Source: a bacterium (lineage in GTDB: Bacteria > Babelota > Babeliae > Babelales > JABGSX01). Taken from it: a DNA stretch of 57,997 nucleotides. The translations under genes were made by a program, and so were the position numbers. The notes beneath the pieces were generated by a model. The model saw only the letters and a program-made list of their open reading frames with translations, was not told the origin of the DNA and ran no database searches. Below are positions 38,217 through 48,053 of the stretch, in pieces. Each line of letters opens with the position of its first letter. Position 1 is the first letter of the stretch. The stretch is taken from contig JABGSX010000013.1 of the NCBI GenBank assembly GCA_018647505.1, forward strand, positions 1 through 57,997, given 5' to 3'.

Positions 38217-39986
38217 TTGGAGGTTATTGTGGGTTTTAAAAAAATATTTTTAACATTTTTACTATTATCAAAATCAATTTGTTTGTTTTCGGCTGGTCGC
38301 GCGGTTGAGGGTGAAATGGGTGCCCTAAAAGTTAAGATTGTAAGAGCTAAAGAGTTTAAAAAGATTCCAAGATCATTCAAAGATAGGTCTTTGGCATATT
38401 CTTTTTTAATGCAAGAAAAACTGATGCAAACTTTGAGAAAGCTTATACCGGCCACAAGGAGAATAATTGAAATAAGGGAGGCGCGAAATGCCATGATGGG
38501 CACTCCTGAAAAAACAGCTGAAGCGCACCACGATGGTTGTAGCTATAAAGTAATGTTCTTTAAAGATTTTGGGGATATAGCGAATTCTCCAGAGGAAGTT
38601 TCTGGCTGTATGGACTTAAGTTTAGAAGAAAAAAGTGTAATTGAGTATCTATTTAATAATCCATGTTTGGCTTCGGAAGAAATTATTGATTTTTTTAGGG
38701 GTAGCGGAAATCCATTTTTGTTTAAGACTGCATTGCTTTTGTCATTTACCAAAGAGATTTTTCGCCAAACAGTTATAGTAAGAGACTGCTTGCAAAAGAT
38801 TGTTTTTTGTGTTGCAGCAGAAGGAGACGAAAGCTTATATGGTGCTTATGATTGGTGTAGGGAGGAGTTCCAAGGATATCGTTTTCTTTCTTGTTGGAAT
38901 GATTGTCGGCCTGGGGCAACTCTTATTGCCGATACAAATTTTGTAACAGATCCAAAACACATTAGAGCCGTTGAAATTTTTGAGAGAGCTCTTGAGGAAT
39001 ATGCCACAATACGTGAAGAAATAAATAGATTATATTCAAGAGCCGTGGAAAACATAAACTGTAGCAGGGTGTTTATTTTGCCTAGAAAGTCCTTAGATGG
39101 TCTTGTTACAGAAGAAAAGAACTTAGATTTAGCATCCTTTATATTGGGTTATAATCAACCGTTTCCACCGTCTTTGGATGCCGTTTCTGTAGATTTTGAT
39201 GCTGTTGTTGCCGGTGAAGGAGCTGTCGATGGTGCAGTAGCTGATTCTTCAGCAGAAGATGAAGCTAGAGTTGTTGCTATTAGAGAACTTCTTGAACAAG
39301 AGCGCAGGAAAAAAGCTGCTGAGGCGAAAAAAGAGAAAGATAGAGAACGAAAAAAAGCGAGAAGAAGGGCTAAAGCCAGAGAAAAGGTTTTGGCTGGTGC
39401 GGCAGCTGTTGGAGTTGAGCCAGCGGCAGCAAGAGAAAAACTTCCATTTATTGTTATTTCTGATGATAGAGCTGATGAAAACATAGATCATATTATTTTG
39501 TACAGAACTGAGAGGCGGTCCATTGGCCAATTTTTATATACAGAAAACGAACATGTTCAAAAATGGTTTGAGAGTCCTGAGGAGTCTTTTGAGCATTATA
39601 GAAGAAGAATTTTAGTAAAAAGCCGCGGGTCAAGAGTTATTCCTGATTCTTATTACCAATATGGTTGTGTTATGCATAGATTTTCAAGAGAGGTTGAAGC
39701 TAATATGTGGGATTTTGGAGTTGCTTCAGGGTGGTCACCTAATCCAGGAGTTGTAGAACCTCTTCCACAAATTGTTGTTCCAGGAGAGCTTCATAAACGT
39801 GATGGAGAGAGGTTGTTTGGTATGTTTGCATTTACATTTGAAATTCTTCCAGAAGGAACAAAAAGGTGCTTTCATCGTTGCTTTCACAAAATGCCAAAAA
39901 TAAACTTTTTAAAAGGTAAGGCTGAAAGAATTTACTGGCAGGTTGAGGCCTCTGATTATCTTGATTTAGAGGCTGTAGAAGCTTAA
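38217..39986 (+). CDS. Secreted effector-like protein, paralog B
   Basis: Signal peptide; R..AY...MQEKL.Q.LR motif and C-domain YGC+MHRFSREV.ANMW.FGVAS..GELH..C.HRCFH shared with paralog A. Confidence 0.7.
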   Translation: MEVIVGFKKIFLTFLLLSKSICLFSAGRAVEGEMGALKVKIVRAKEFKKIPRSFKDRSLAYSFLMQEKLMQTLRKLIPATRRIIEIREARNAMMGTPEKTAEAHHDGCSYKVMFFKDFGDIANSPEEVSGCMDLSLEEKSVIEYLFNNPCLASEEIIDFFRGSGNPFLFKTALLLSFTKEIFRQTVIVRDCLQKIVFCVAAEGDESLYGAYDWCREEFQGYRFLSCWNDCRPGATLIADTNFVTDPKHIRAVEIFERALEEYATIREEINRLYSRAVENINCSRVFILPRKSLDGLVTEEKNLDLASFILGYNQPFPPSLDAVSVDFDAVVAGEGAVDGAVADSSAEDEARVVAIRELLEQERRKKAAEAKKEKDRERKKARRRAKAREKVLAGAAAVGVEPAAAREKLPFIVISDDRADENIDHIILYRTERRSIGQFLYTENEHVQKWFESPEESFEHYRRRILVKSRGSRVIPDSYYQYGCVMHRFSREVEANMWDFGVASGWSPNPGVVEPLPQIVVPGELHKRDGERLFGMFAFTFEILPEGTKRCFHRCFHKMPKINFLKGKAERIYWQVEASDYLDLEAVEA

Positions 39987-39988
39987 TA

Positions 39989-40024
39989 GATAAAAAGGCC
40001 GAATTGCAATTCGGCCTTTTTATC
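39989..40024. terminator. Perfect 36-bp palindrome, bidirectional terminator
   Basis: gataaaaaggccgaattg|caattcggcctttttatc between convergent genes. Confidence 0.9.
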
Positions 40025-40050
40025 ATTATAAATTTATTAATCTTTATGTC

Positions 40051-41499
40051 TCAGATTTCTGGATATAGATGAAAATTTTTCTCCATGCATACAGCTTCTT
40101 CATATGGGCTCAGGCTTTCTGTTTTCTTGCAAGCTCTTGAGTTTGCAAGAAAGTCTCTCTTGTAAATAGCAAAGTTATTTTCTTCGGAAAAAAATTGTCT
40201 TATATCAGGATTTATTTTTTCATCAGCATTTCCCTGCGCGTAGTAAATTTTGTCTTCAAATTTTAAATTATATCTCGGTAATGCGGTATGTATTCCATAT
40301 TCATGGGCAAGTCTTTGTTGGTCTTCTGGAATTGTATCAAGCCTAAGTTCTGGAATTCCTCGTAATAATTCTAAGAGTTCTTGTGCAAGTCTTTGTGCAT
40401 TTTCTTGCCCTTCTGATGGATAAACAACAATGCGTGGAAACAATTGGCTGTCTATAAATACTGCTCTGTCATAATTGAATGAAAATTTTAAAGTACTTAT
40501 AAGGCTGGAAAATGCTGGGTCGGCATTGGCTTTTTCTACTATTCTTCTTATTGTTTCTCTAGTGTGTTCTTCTCCAAGAGTTGGCATAATATGAATTTTA
40601 TACAACTTTGTTAGTTGTTCTCTTTGCCTTAACTCTTCAATAGGATCCTCGAATTTTTTAAGAATAGACTCTGTTGTCTGATTTATTCGTGTGCCACTGA
40701 AAATAGGACCGGCAACAAAATAAAAAATAAAATCTCTTCTATAAAAAATACGAGCTTTTTTATCAGTTAGTCTATTTAGAAATTCGTTCCATCTTGTTAT
40801 TTCTTCTTCTCGCTGCCTTATTTGAGCTTTTGTGTTTACGAGTATTGATTCATCGTACGTATTTAACAAGTCTCGAAGTCTGCTGTGTTCAGCTGTAAAT
40901 TTGTTTTTTCCACGATCAAAAACAGGATATCTGCTTTTGTGTCCAGAAATATGTTCTAGCCATGCTCTGTAATATTCATTTATATTTGGAGGTTCAAATG
41001 TTGTGTCAAAAAGGGTATGCATAATTTTATCTTTATGGTGCATGCCATGTGCCATATCGTATTGTAGGCATTGTGTTACAAATTCAGACCATACTAGGAA
41101 AAAATATTGTGAACTGTATTGAGAGTAGTCATCTGAAAGAAGTTCTTTTACGTGGAGCCACTTGTCTAAAGCCTTAGTTATTGTTTTTTGTTGTGTAACT
41201 TCTTCTAATGCTTCCCTAACTTCTTTTATTAGCCCATCGTCTCCATCACCTACTAAAAGTTCTTTTGATGGCATTAATATATCAATTTCTGGTTCTGGGC
41301 CAGCAGCTACCTCTTTGTCGGTTCTGGCTTCTGGGGTTATTGACTCTGATTCGGTGCCACCGCCTTCCATCTCTTCGAATGTTGCTAATATGCTGGCCAC
41401 TCGCCTTGGTATCGGGGCTCTTAACGCGGCGCAAAAACATTGTGGGCTTATTTGTAGAAGCAAGAAAAAAAGAATTACGTAAAAAACCGTGCTTTTCAT
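40051..41499 (-). CDS. Secreted protein with a possible phosphothreonine-lyase-like C-terminal domain
   Basis: Signal peptide; YKIHIMP...LKF...PRIVVYP...PRYN....IYYAQG. Confidence 0.55.
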   Translation of the reverse strand: MKSTVFYVILFFLLLQISPQCFCAALRAPIPRRVASILATFEEMEGGGTESESITPEARTDKEVAAGPEPEIDILMPSKELLVGDGDDGLIKEVREALEEVTQQKTITKALDKWLHVKELLSDDYSQYSSQYFFLVWSEFVTQCLQYDMAHGMHHKDKIMHTLFDTTFEPPNINEYYRAWLEHISGHKSRYPVFDRGKNKFTAEHSRLRDLLNTYDESILVNTKAQIRQREEEITRWNEFLNRLTDKKARIFYRRDFIFYFVAGPIFSGTRINQTTESILKKFEDPIEELRQREQLTKLYKIHIMPTLGEEHTRETIRRIVEKANADPAFSSLISTLKFSFNYDRAVFIDSQLFPRIVVYPSEGQENAQRLAQELLELLRGIPELRLDTIPEDQQRLAHEYGIHTALPRYNLKFEDKIYYAQGNADEKINPDIRQFFSEENNFAIYKRDFLANSRACKKTESLSPYEEAVCMEKNFHLYPEI

Positions 41500-41708
41500 T
41501 ACAATTTCTCCTGACTTTTTTTATGACTTTTTATAGTTCTTTATTCAATGCTACAAAAAAAATGGGTACGCCTGTCAATCTTTTGGAAAGTTTTTTGCTT
41601 TTATGATAACCTTTTCGTATTAGTTTTATATTAAATATTTACTTTTAAGGGGTCTGATTTTTAGACTGTATAAAAAATGAAAATTAACCCTTTGAGATGG
41701 AGCAAATC

Positions 41709-44240
41709 ATGATAGCAAACTTACTAGCAAAAGTTTTTGGAACTGCCAACTCTAGGCAGCTTAAAAAAATGCAACCGATGGTTGATAAAATCAATTCTTT
41801 AGAGCCAGATATTAGTGCATTAACAGACGAACAACTATCTTTAAAAACCAATGAATTTCGTGAACAATTAAGCCAAGGCAAAACGTTGAAAGACATTATG
41901 CCAGAGGCTTTTGCCGTTGTTAGAGAAACAGCAAAAAGAAAATTGGGCGAGCGCCCATATGATGTTCAACTCATGGGTGGAATAGTTTTGTTTGAAAGTA
42001 GCATTGCTGAAATGAAAACTGGTGAGGGAAAAACATTAACAGCTACACTTCCCTTGTATTTGCATGCTTTGGCTGGAAAAGGGGCGCACCTTGTCACGGT
42101 CAATGATTATTTGGCTCGTCGTGATGCAGAATGGATGGCACCAATTTATAACCATCTGGGACTTTCTGTTGCGGCACTTTACAATTCGATGGAAGATGAC
42201 GAGCGAAAAAAAGCTTATCAATGTGATATTTTATATGCGACGAACAATGAATTAGGCTTTGATTATTTGCGCGACAATATGAAGTTCCGTATAGAAGATT
42301 ATGTACAGCGTGATTTATACTATGCAATTGTTGACGAAGTTGACTCAATTTTGATTGATGAAGCTCGGACCCCGCTTATTATTTCTGGACCTTCGAATGA
42401 GGGTAGCAAGTTGTATTTGACTGCGGACAAAGTTGTAAGGCGCTTGGACAAAGAACAAGATTATGAAATTGACGAAAAAGCTCGCTCTGTACAGCTTACA
42501 GAGTCTGGAAATGACAAGGTAGAGAGAGACTTTGGAATTAAAAATTTGTATGCAATTGAAAATTTGAACTATTTGCACCATATTACACAGGCCTTAAAAG
42601 CAAACACTTTGTTTAAGCTTGATGTTGATTACATGGTTAGGGATAACCAGGTTTTAATTGTCGACGAGTTTACTGGGCGTGTTTTGTCTGGACGTAGATA
42701 TAGTGATGGTTTGCACCAGGCTCTTGAGGCAAAAGAGGGGGTAAAAATTGAAAGAGAGAGTCAAACACTGGCTTCTATTACACTCCAAAATTATTTTAGA
42801 CTTTATAAAAACTTGTCCGGGATGACTGGTACTGCAGCTACAGAAGCTGAAGAGTTTCATAGAATTTATAGCCTGGGTGTTGTTTCTGTTCCAACCAATA
42901 GACCGTTGGTTCGTGATGACAAATCTGATCTTATATTTTTATCAAAAAAAGCAAAATATAAAGCTGTTGTTGAAGACATTCTTGAGCGTCGTAAAAAGGG
43001 TCAACCTGTTTTAATAGGCACGGTAGCCGTTGAGACTTCCGAGCTTTTGAGTGGAATTTTGACCAGCAGTGGTATTCCTCACAACGTTTTAAATGCAAAG
43101 CAGCATGAGCGGGAAGCAGATGTTATTGCAGAGGCCGGACACGCTGGAAAAATTACTATTGCTACCAATATGGCTGGTCGAGGGACCGATATTAAATTAA
43201 GCGAAGAATCAAAAAAGGCAGGGGGTTTGTATATTTTGGGTACAGAGCGTCATGAAAGTAGACGCATTGATAATCAGCTGCGTGGTAGATCTGGGCGACA
43301 AGGAGACCCTGGTGAGTCTAGATTTTATATAGCTTTAGAAGATGACGTAATTCGAATTTTTGCAGGAGACTCAATACGCAAAAACATGAAACGTTGGGGA
43401 ATGGGTGAGGACGAAACAATTGAGTCTAAGTCTGTTTCGAAGTTAATTGAGCGGGCGCAAGAAAAAGTTGAAAAGCATAACTTTGACATTCGTAAGCATC
43501 TTATTGAGTACGATGATGTTCTTAACCAACATCGTACCGTTATTTATGGTCAAAGACGAGATGTTTTAGCAAGTGAGCGCGACATTTATGAGGTTGTTAG
43601 AGATCTTATTGTTGGTATGGTACAAGATGTTATTTCTTGGTATTGTCCAAAACGCTCATTGGAGCGTGAGCAGATTGACACGGTTTTTGGGGTTTTAAGC
43701 AGAATGACAAGTCTTGAAAAGTCTGTCTTTGAAAATGCGAGTCTTGGGTTTGAGAATAGTGATATGTTCAAAAAAGACCTTATTAATTTCTTGTTGATTA
43801 AGTATTCAGAGTATCGTGGCTTACAAAATCAAGAAATGATAAAAGAGGCGGAAAAGTGGCTCATGCTTGAAACCATTGACCAAGCGTGGAAACAGCATAT
43901 GTTGAATATTGACAACTTAAAAGAAGGCATAAATTTACGCAGTTGGGGCCAAAAAAACCCTCTTATTGAGTATAAGCGAGAGGCGTTTGCAATGTTCCAA
44001 GAAATGATGGTGCAAATACGCAGCGACGTTGTTCACCATATTTTCCATCTCAAACTTGATCAATTTAGTAGCCAAGATATCGAGGAAAAAAGAGAAAAGG
44101 AACTTGACCAAATTAGTATGAGCTCTGGTTCCGGTGGTTCAAAAAAAGAGCCGCGTCGAGTTGAAAAAATTGGCAGAAATGACCCCTGTCCATGTGGATC
44201 GGATAAAAAATACAAAAAATGTTGTGGAAAAGAGGCTTAA
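41709..44240 (+). CDS. secA: Preprotein translocase ATPase SecA
   Basis: MKTGEGKT; DEVDSILIDEARTPLIISG; TNMAGRGTDI; SEC-C motif CPCGS.KKYKKCC. Confidence 0.98.
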   Translation: MIANLLAKVFGTANSRQLKKMQPMVDKINSLEPDISALTDEQLSLKTNEFREQLSQGKTLKDIMPEAFAVVRETAKRKLGERPYDVQLMGGIVLFESSIAEMKTGEGKTLTATLPLYLHALAGKGAHLVTVNDYLARRDAEWMAPIYNHLGLSVAALYNSMEDDERKKAYQCDILYATNNELGFDYLRDNMKFRIEDYVQRDLYYAIVDEVDSILIDEARTPLIISGPSNEGSKLYLTADKVVRRLDKEQDYEIDEKARSVQLTESGNDKVERDFGIKNLYAIENLNYLHHITQALKANTLFKLDVDYMVRDNQVLIVDEFTGRVLSGRRYSDGLHQALEAKEGVKIERESQTLASITLQNYFRLYKNLSGMTGTAATEAEEFHRIYSLGVVSVPTNRPLVRDDKSDLIFLSKKAKYKAVVEDILERRKKGQPVLIGTVAVETSELLSGILTSSGIPHNVLNAKQHEREADVIAEAGHAGKITIATNMAGRGTDIKLSEESKKAGGLYILGTERHESRRIDNQLRGRSGRQGDPGESRFYIALEDDVIRIFAGDSIRKNMKRWGMGEDETIESKSVSKLIERAQEKVEKHNFDIRKHLIEYDDVLNQHRTVIYGQRRDVLASERDIYEVVRDLIVGMVQDVISWYCPKRSLEREQIDTVFGVLSRMTSLEKSVFENASLGFENSDMFKKDLINFLLIKYSEYRGLQNQEMIKEAEKWLMLETIDQAWKQHMLNIDNLKEGINLRSWGQKNPLIEYKREAFAMFQEMMVQIRSDVVHHIFHLKLDQFSSQDIEEKREKELDQISMSSGSGGSKKEPRRVEKIGRNDPCPCGSDKKYKKCCGKEA

Positions 44241-44248
44241 AGGGCTGC

Positions 44249-44575
44249 ATGAAAAAAATTATTTTTACTTTGTTTGGCTTTATGTTGTTTTTTGCATCAG
44301 AGGTTATTGTATGTGGCGATGGAGTAAAAAAAAGAACATGTTTAGGCTATATTTGTTCTTTTTTGTGTCCATGTTGTTGTTTTAATAAAAAACAATCATC
44401 AGGTAGCGGTGATAGATTAGAAAGTAGCCCATTGCTTGTAAAGCCTCCTTTAGTTGTACATTCCTCTGCTTCAAGAGCTGCTAATCCAGGAATTGTTGAT
44501 CCAGAAGCTGCAGAAAGAAGTTTTTTTTATGAAGACCATCCAAATGCCCCCGGTGAAGGAGGAGTTTGGTTTTGA
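44249..44575 (+). CDS. Small secreted protein with Cys cluster
   Basis: MKKIIFTLFGFMLFF signal; CLGYICSFLCPCCCF. Confidence 0.55.
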   Translation: MKKIIFTLFGFMLFFASEVIVCGDGVKKRTCLGYICSFLCPCCCFNKKQSSGSGDRLESSPLLVKPPLVVHSSASRAANPGIVDPEAAERSFFYEDHPNAPGEGGVWF

Positions 44576-44665
44576 GGTTCTTTTATGCCTGAACAGAGAG
44601 GTTCTATTGGATGAGGTTGTTCATTGTATAAAGTAATATTAGCATCCGTTTTACATTAGCCAACT

Positions 44666-45685
44666 TTAATTTTCGGCTTGTTTGTTCTGATTCCTAGCAT
44701 TAGCAACGAATGTGTCATTACTACACTCAAATTCGTAAGCAGATTGCAAAATATTTTGTATGTCAGAATATTGTGGCACCCAGCCCAATACGTCCGCAGC
44801 TTTGCTGTTGTCGGCAATTAGTACTGGAGGGTCACCTTCACGGCGTTTTATTGAAGTTGTTTGTATTTTTGCTTGTGTAACAAGCTCAACTTCTTTAATC
44901 ATTTCTTGTACAGAGTGTCCTTGCCCAGAGCCCAAATTAAACGCGTCAGATTTTTGTCCTGAAAGCAAATATTCCAAAGCCTTGCAATGAGCGTCGGCAA
45001 TATCAAGAACATGTAAATAGTCTCGAATGCACGTTCCATCTGGGGTTGGGTAATCGTCACCAAAAATTTTAAATGTATTACCATTTTCTGCTGCGCGTAG
45101 TAAAAGGGGGATAATGTGGGATTCTGGATTATGTCTTTCACCAAGACCATGTTCTGGCAACGCTCCGGCTGCGTTAAAATATCGCAGCGACACGTGTTCC
45201 AATCCATAAGCTCTGTTAAAGTCTTCAAGGGCCATTTCGATTATCATTTTTGTTCTACCGTATGGGCTCACGGGATTCTTTTGATGTGTTTCGACAAGGG
45301 GAAGACGTTGTGGTTTTCCGTAAGTTGCGCAGCTTGAAGAAAAAATGAATTTATTAACATTATGTTTTAGCATTGTCTGAAGGAGAGAAATGGTTTTTGA
45401 GACGTTGTTGTGGTAAAACCTTGCAGGGTCTTGTACCGAATGACCAACTTCTATAAATGCTGCAAAATGCATAACAGCGACGGGGTTGTAGTGCTTAAAA
45501 GTTTCTTCCAAAATTGTTAAGTCTTCAATGTCACTCTTTACCAACGGCGCCCACGAAGCGCTCCATTCTTGTCCTTGGCAAAGATTGTCAATTATAACAA
45601 CATTGTATCCACGTTGAGTAAGCAAATATGCCGAGTGTGACCCTATGTATCCTGCGCCACCTGTAACTAAAACCGTTGGTCTCAT
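44666..45685 (-). CDS. galE: UDP-glucose 4-epimerase
   Basis: TGGAGYIGSH; HFAA; YGRTK; LRYFNAAGA; DGTCIRDY. Confidence 0.95.
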   Translation of the reverse strand: MRPTVLVTGGAGYIGSHSAYLLTQRGYNVVIIDNLCQGQEWSASWAPLVKSDIEDLTILEETFKHYNPVAVMHFAAFIEVGHSVQDPARFYHNNVSKTISLLQTMLKHNVNKFIFSSSCATYGKPQRLPLVETHQKNPVSPYGRTKMIIEMALEDFNRAYGLEHVSLRYFNAAGALPEHGLGERHNPESHIIPLLLRAAENGNTFKIFGDDYPTPDGTCIRDYLHVLDIADAHCKALEYLLSGQKSDAFNLGSGQGHSVQEMIKEVELVTQAKIQTTSIKRREGDPPVLIADNSKAADVLGWVPQYSDIQNILQSAYEFECSNDTFVANARNQNKQAEN

Positions 45686-45813
45686 ATGCAAACTCCTTCT
45701 TACAAGCATGAAAACCTATTTTTAATGGAATATAGTTCAACATGAGAAAAATAGAATTGCAAGCTTTTTTTGGTCATAAAGGAAATTTAAATAATTAGGT
45801 TAAAAATGGGCAC

Positions 45814-45845
45814 AAAAAAGAGCCGGGATAAATTCCCGGCTCTTT
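45814..45845 (-). terminator. Intrinsic terminator
   Basis: aaagagccggga...tcccggctcttt with a U-tract on the - strand. Confidence 0.85.
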
Positions 45846-45874
45846 ACTTCTAAGTTGTAATTACTTCTATTGTG

Positions 45875-46141
45875 TTATGGTCTTTTTGCAGCATCAATTT
45901 GGCCTCTAAGAGTTGCGCATTTTGCTACTAGCGCGTCTACTTCAACACCAACGGCTTCGAATGCAGCTTTTTCAGCGGCTGTAGGTCCAACAGGTCCAGC
46001 AGGAGGTGTTGCTACTCTTGGTGGTGGTGTTACTCTTGGTGCTGATGTAGGTTTTGCTCCCCTTGTTCTTGGTGCTTGGCATTCAAATACAACAAGCGCT
46101 GCTAACCCGACGAATAATGTTAATAATAAAGTTTTTTTCAT
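45875..46141 (-). CDS. Small secreted Pro-rich protein
   Basis: MKKTLLLTLFVGLAAL signal; PRVTPPPRVATPP; AAAGGA RBS. Confidence 0.6.
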   Translation of the reverse strand: MKKTLLLTLFVGLAALVVFECQAPRTRGAKPTSAPRVTPPPRVATPPAGPVGPTAAEKAAFEAVGVEVDALVAKCATLRGQIDAAKRP

Positions 46142-46160
46142 ATTGTTTCCTTTCTGTTAA

Positions 46161-47630
46161 TTAAAAGGAGAAACCAAATTTGCCCCATAGGCTCCACTTG
46201 TTCATAACTGTGTTGTCGAGTCCAAAGTCAAATGCTCCACCAAGGCCAACTATGCAAGGATAATCTTGGTCATCCCAGCGATATCCAAGGGCCAGGGATG
46301 TGTTGCATTTTATAATTGCTGGATGTGCTGCTGAGCAAAGGTCAAGGTCAGCTTCTTTTACTGTAGCACTGGAAAGAAGCATTTCTTGTGGATATTCGCC
46401 AGATGTTTTGGATGCGAATTCTTTATCTATAGTAGAAGCTGGAGAAATCGCTCCTGTATTATCAGTTATTGCTCCTGCTAGACTTGCGATTCCAATTGTG
46501 TCATCATAGGTTCCACTCAAAACAACTTTTTCAGCTTGTCTTGCAAGGATTCCAAATCCTAATTCACAGTCAAAACCTTCATTTACGTATACAAATGCGC
46601 AATTTCCAGCGACTGACATGCGAGGTGTTACTTTTACGTCTTTTGTTAAGTAGTTAATACCATCTTTGTAAGTTCCTGTTAAAACGTCTGCTTCACTTGC
46701 GTAATATTTCATGTAACGGGACCATGGTTTGCCGCGAAGGTCAAATGAACGTTTTTGTGTGCGTGCAAAGAGGTATTGTCCTTTACTATCTGCCTTGAAT
46801 GCCAATGAACTGTCGCCTTTTTCATCTTCCCATATTTGTAACTTAGCGTGTCCGCCTGCTAGTATACCAAAGTGTCCACCGTGGCCGACAACTGGTTCAA
46901 ACATATATTTTGCTTCTGGTTTGTTTCCGACAGGAATTAATACACCAACGTAGCTTTCAAGGTAGTTAGGATCTTCGATATCTTTGTATTTCCAACCAAC
47001 GTTAAATACAACGTCGCCGATGCCCCACTTGGTTTGTTTGCCGTCAATTTTACCATATGTCCAGTTCTCTTGTTTGAACGCTGCTTCTACGGATGATGCG
47101 GTTGCTGTTGCTGTAACAATTGTTCCAGTTGTTGCTATTGTTTCATTCAATTTAATTTCAGCTGCAACGTATGTAATTGGAGCAGAAATGTCAAAGAAGA
47201 ATGTGTCACCAAGGTCTTGTTTGTATCTTAGGCCAAATCCGTATGTTGTATACTCAGGCTTTAATACAATTGTGCTTTTAAATCCGTCGGATGCTATTCC
47301 AAGGTAATCGGCTAGAACGTCAACATCTGCGCCTTCTATTGTTGCAACGGTGATGCTGTCAGATCCGTGTGGAGAGAAGTAACGACCTAATTGTTTGTAG
47401 TTTGTTGATTTAGCAAAAAAGCCTGCTGCGTCGAATGATCCGCCTACGCCGTCTTTAGCTTTTTGTCCATCAAAAAATGCTGAGTATTCTGGAGTTGCTG
47501 GTTGGTACATTTGTGGAACTGAGAAGTAAGTTTTACTTTTTACTTCGTAGGGATGTGTTGGTGCTGTTATTGCATTATTCAAAGTTGTTACTGCTGCTAA
47601 CAAGAGAAATAGTGGAATGTATCTTTTCAT
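46161..47630 (-). CDS. Putative outer-membrane beta-barrel protein
   Basis: Signal peptide; GIGD..G...P.G core as in 7034..8302; C-terminal GKFGFSF. Confidence 0.65.
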   Translation of the reverse strand: MKRYIPLFLLLAAVTTLNNAITAPTHPYEVKSKTYFSVPQMYQPATPEYSAFFDGQKAKDGVGGSFDAAGFFAKSTNYKQLGRYFSPHGSDSITVATIEGADVDVLADYLGIASDGFKSTIVLKPEYTTYGFGLRYKQDLGDTFFFDISAPITYVAAEIKLNETIATTGTIVTATATASSVEAAFKQENWTYGKIDGKQTKWGIGDVVFNVGWKYKDIEDPNYLESYVGVLIPVGNKPEAKYMFEPVVGHGGHFGILAGGHAKLQIWEDEKGDSSLAFKADSKGQYLFARTQKRSFDLRGKPWSRYMKYYASEADVLTGTYKDGINYLTKDVKVTPRMSVAGNCAFVYVNEGFDCELGFGILARQAEKVVLSGTYDDTIGIASLAGAITDNTGAISPASTIDKEFASKTSGEYPQEMLLSSATVKEADLDLCSAAHPAIIKCNTSLALGYRWDDQDYPCIVGLGGAFDFGLDNTVMNKWSLWGKFGFSF

Positions 47631-48053
47631 TCCGTGCTCCTTTTTTAAAAAAGGTTTAACATATACTCTTACAAAACTTATCAAATTTTTTAACATGTAT
47701 CGGTTGGGTTAGTCAACTATTTATTTGTTTTAAGACAAAGTAGCTTTGTCACAAAGTATAGTTGATTTTTTTTCTATAGGCCCTCCTTTTGCTTAAAAAT
47801 TCAAATTTTTTTTCAAAAACCTGTTACAGAATTTACTTCTACCACGATTTGGTATGTTCCGTCAATTATTTTAAACATTTTACTTTGTCTTTGAAAGTAC
47901 GGAGTTAAATTTTTTTTTCAAGGTTAAATTTAAAAGAACGACAGGACTACGTTTAAATGAAAATTTTGTTTTTATGATACACTTATTTTAAATAGTGTTT
48001 TTACATGTCCATTATGTGGGCGAATAACGTTTTTCAATTGATTAGGTGCTTTT

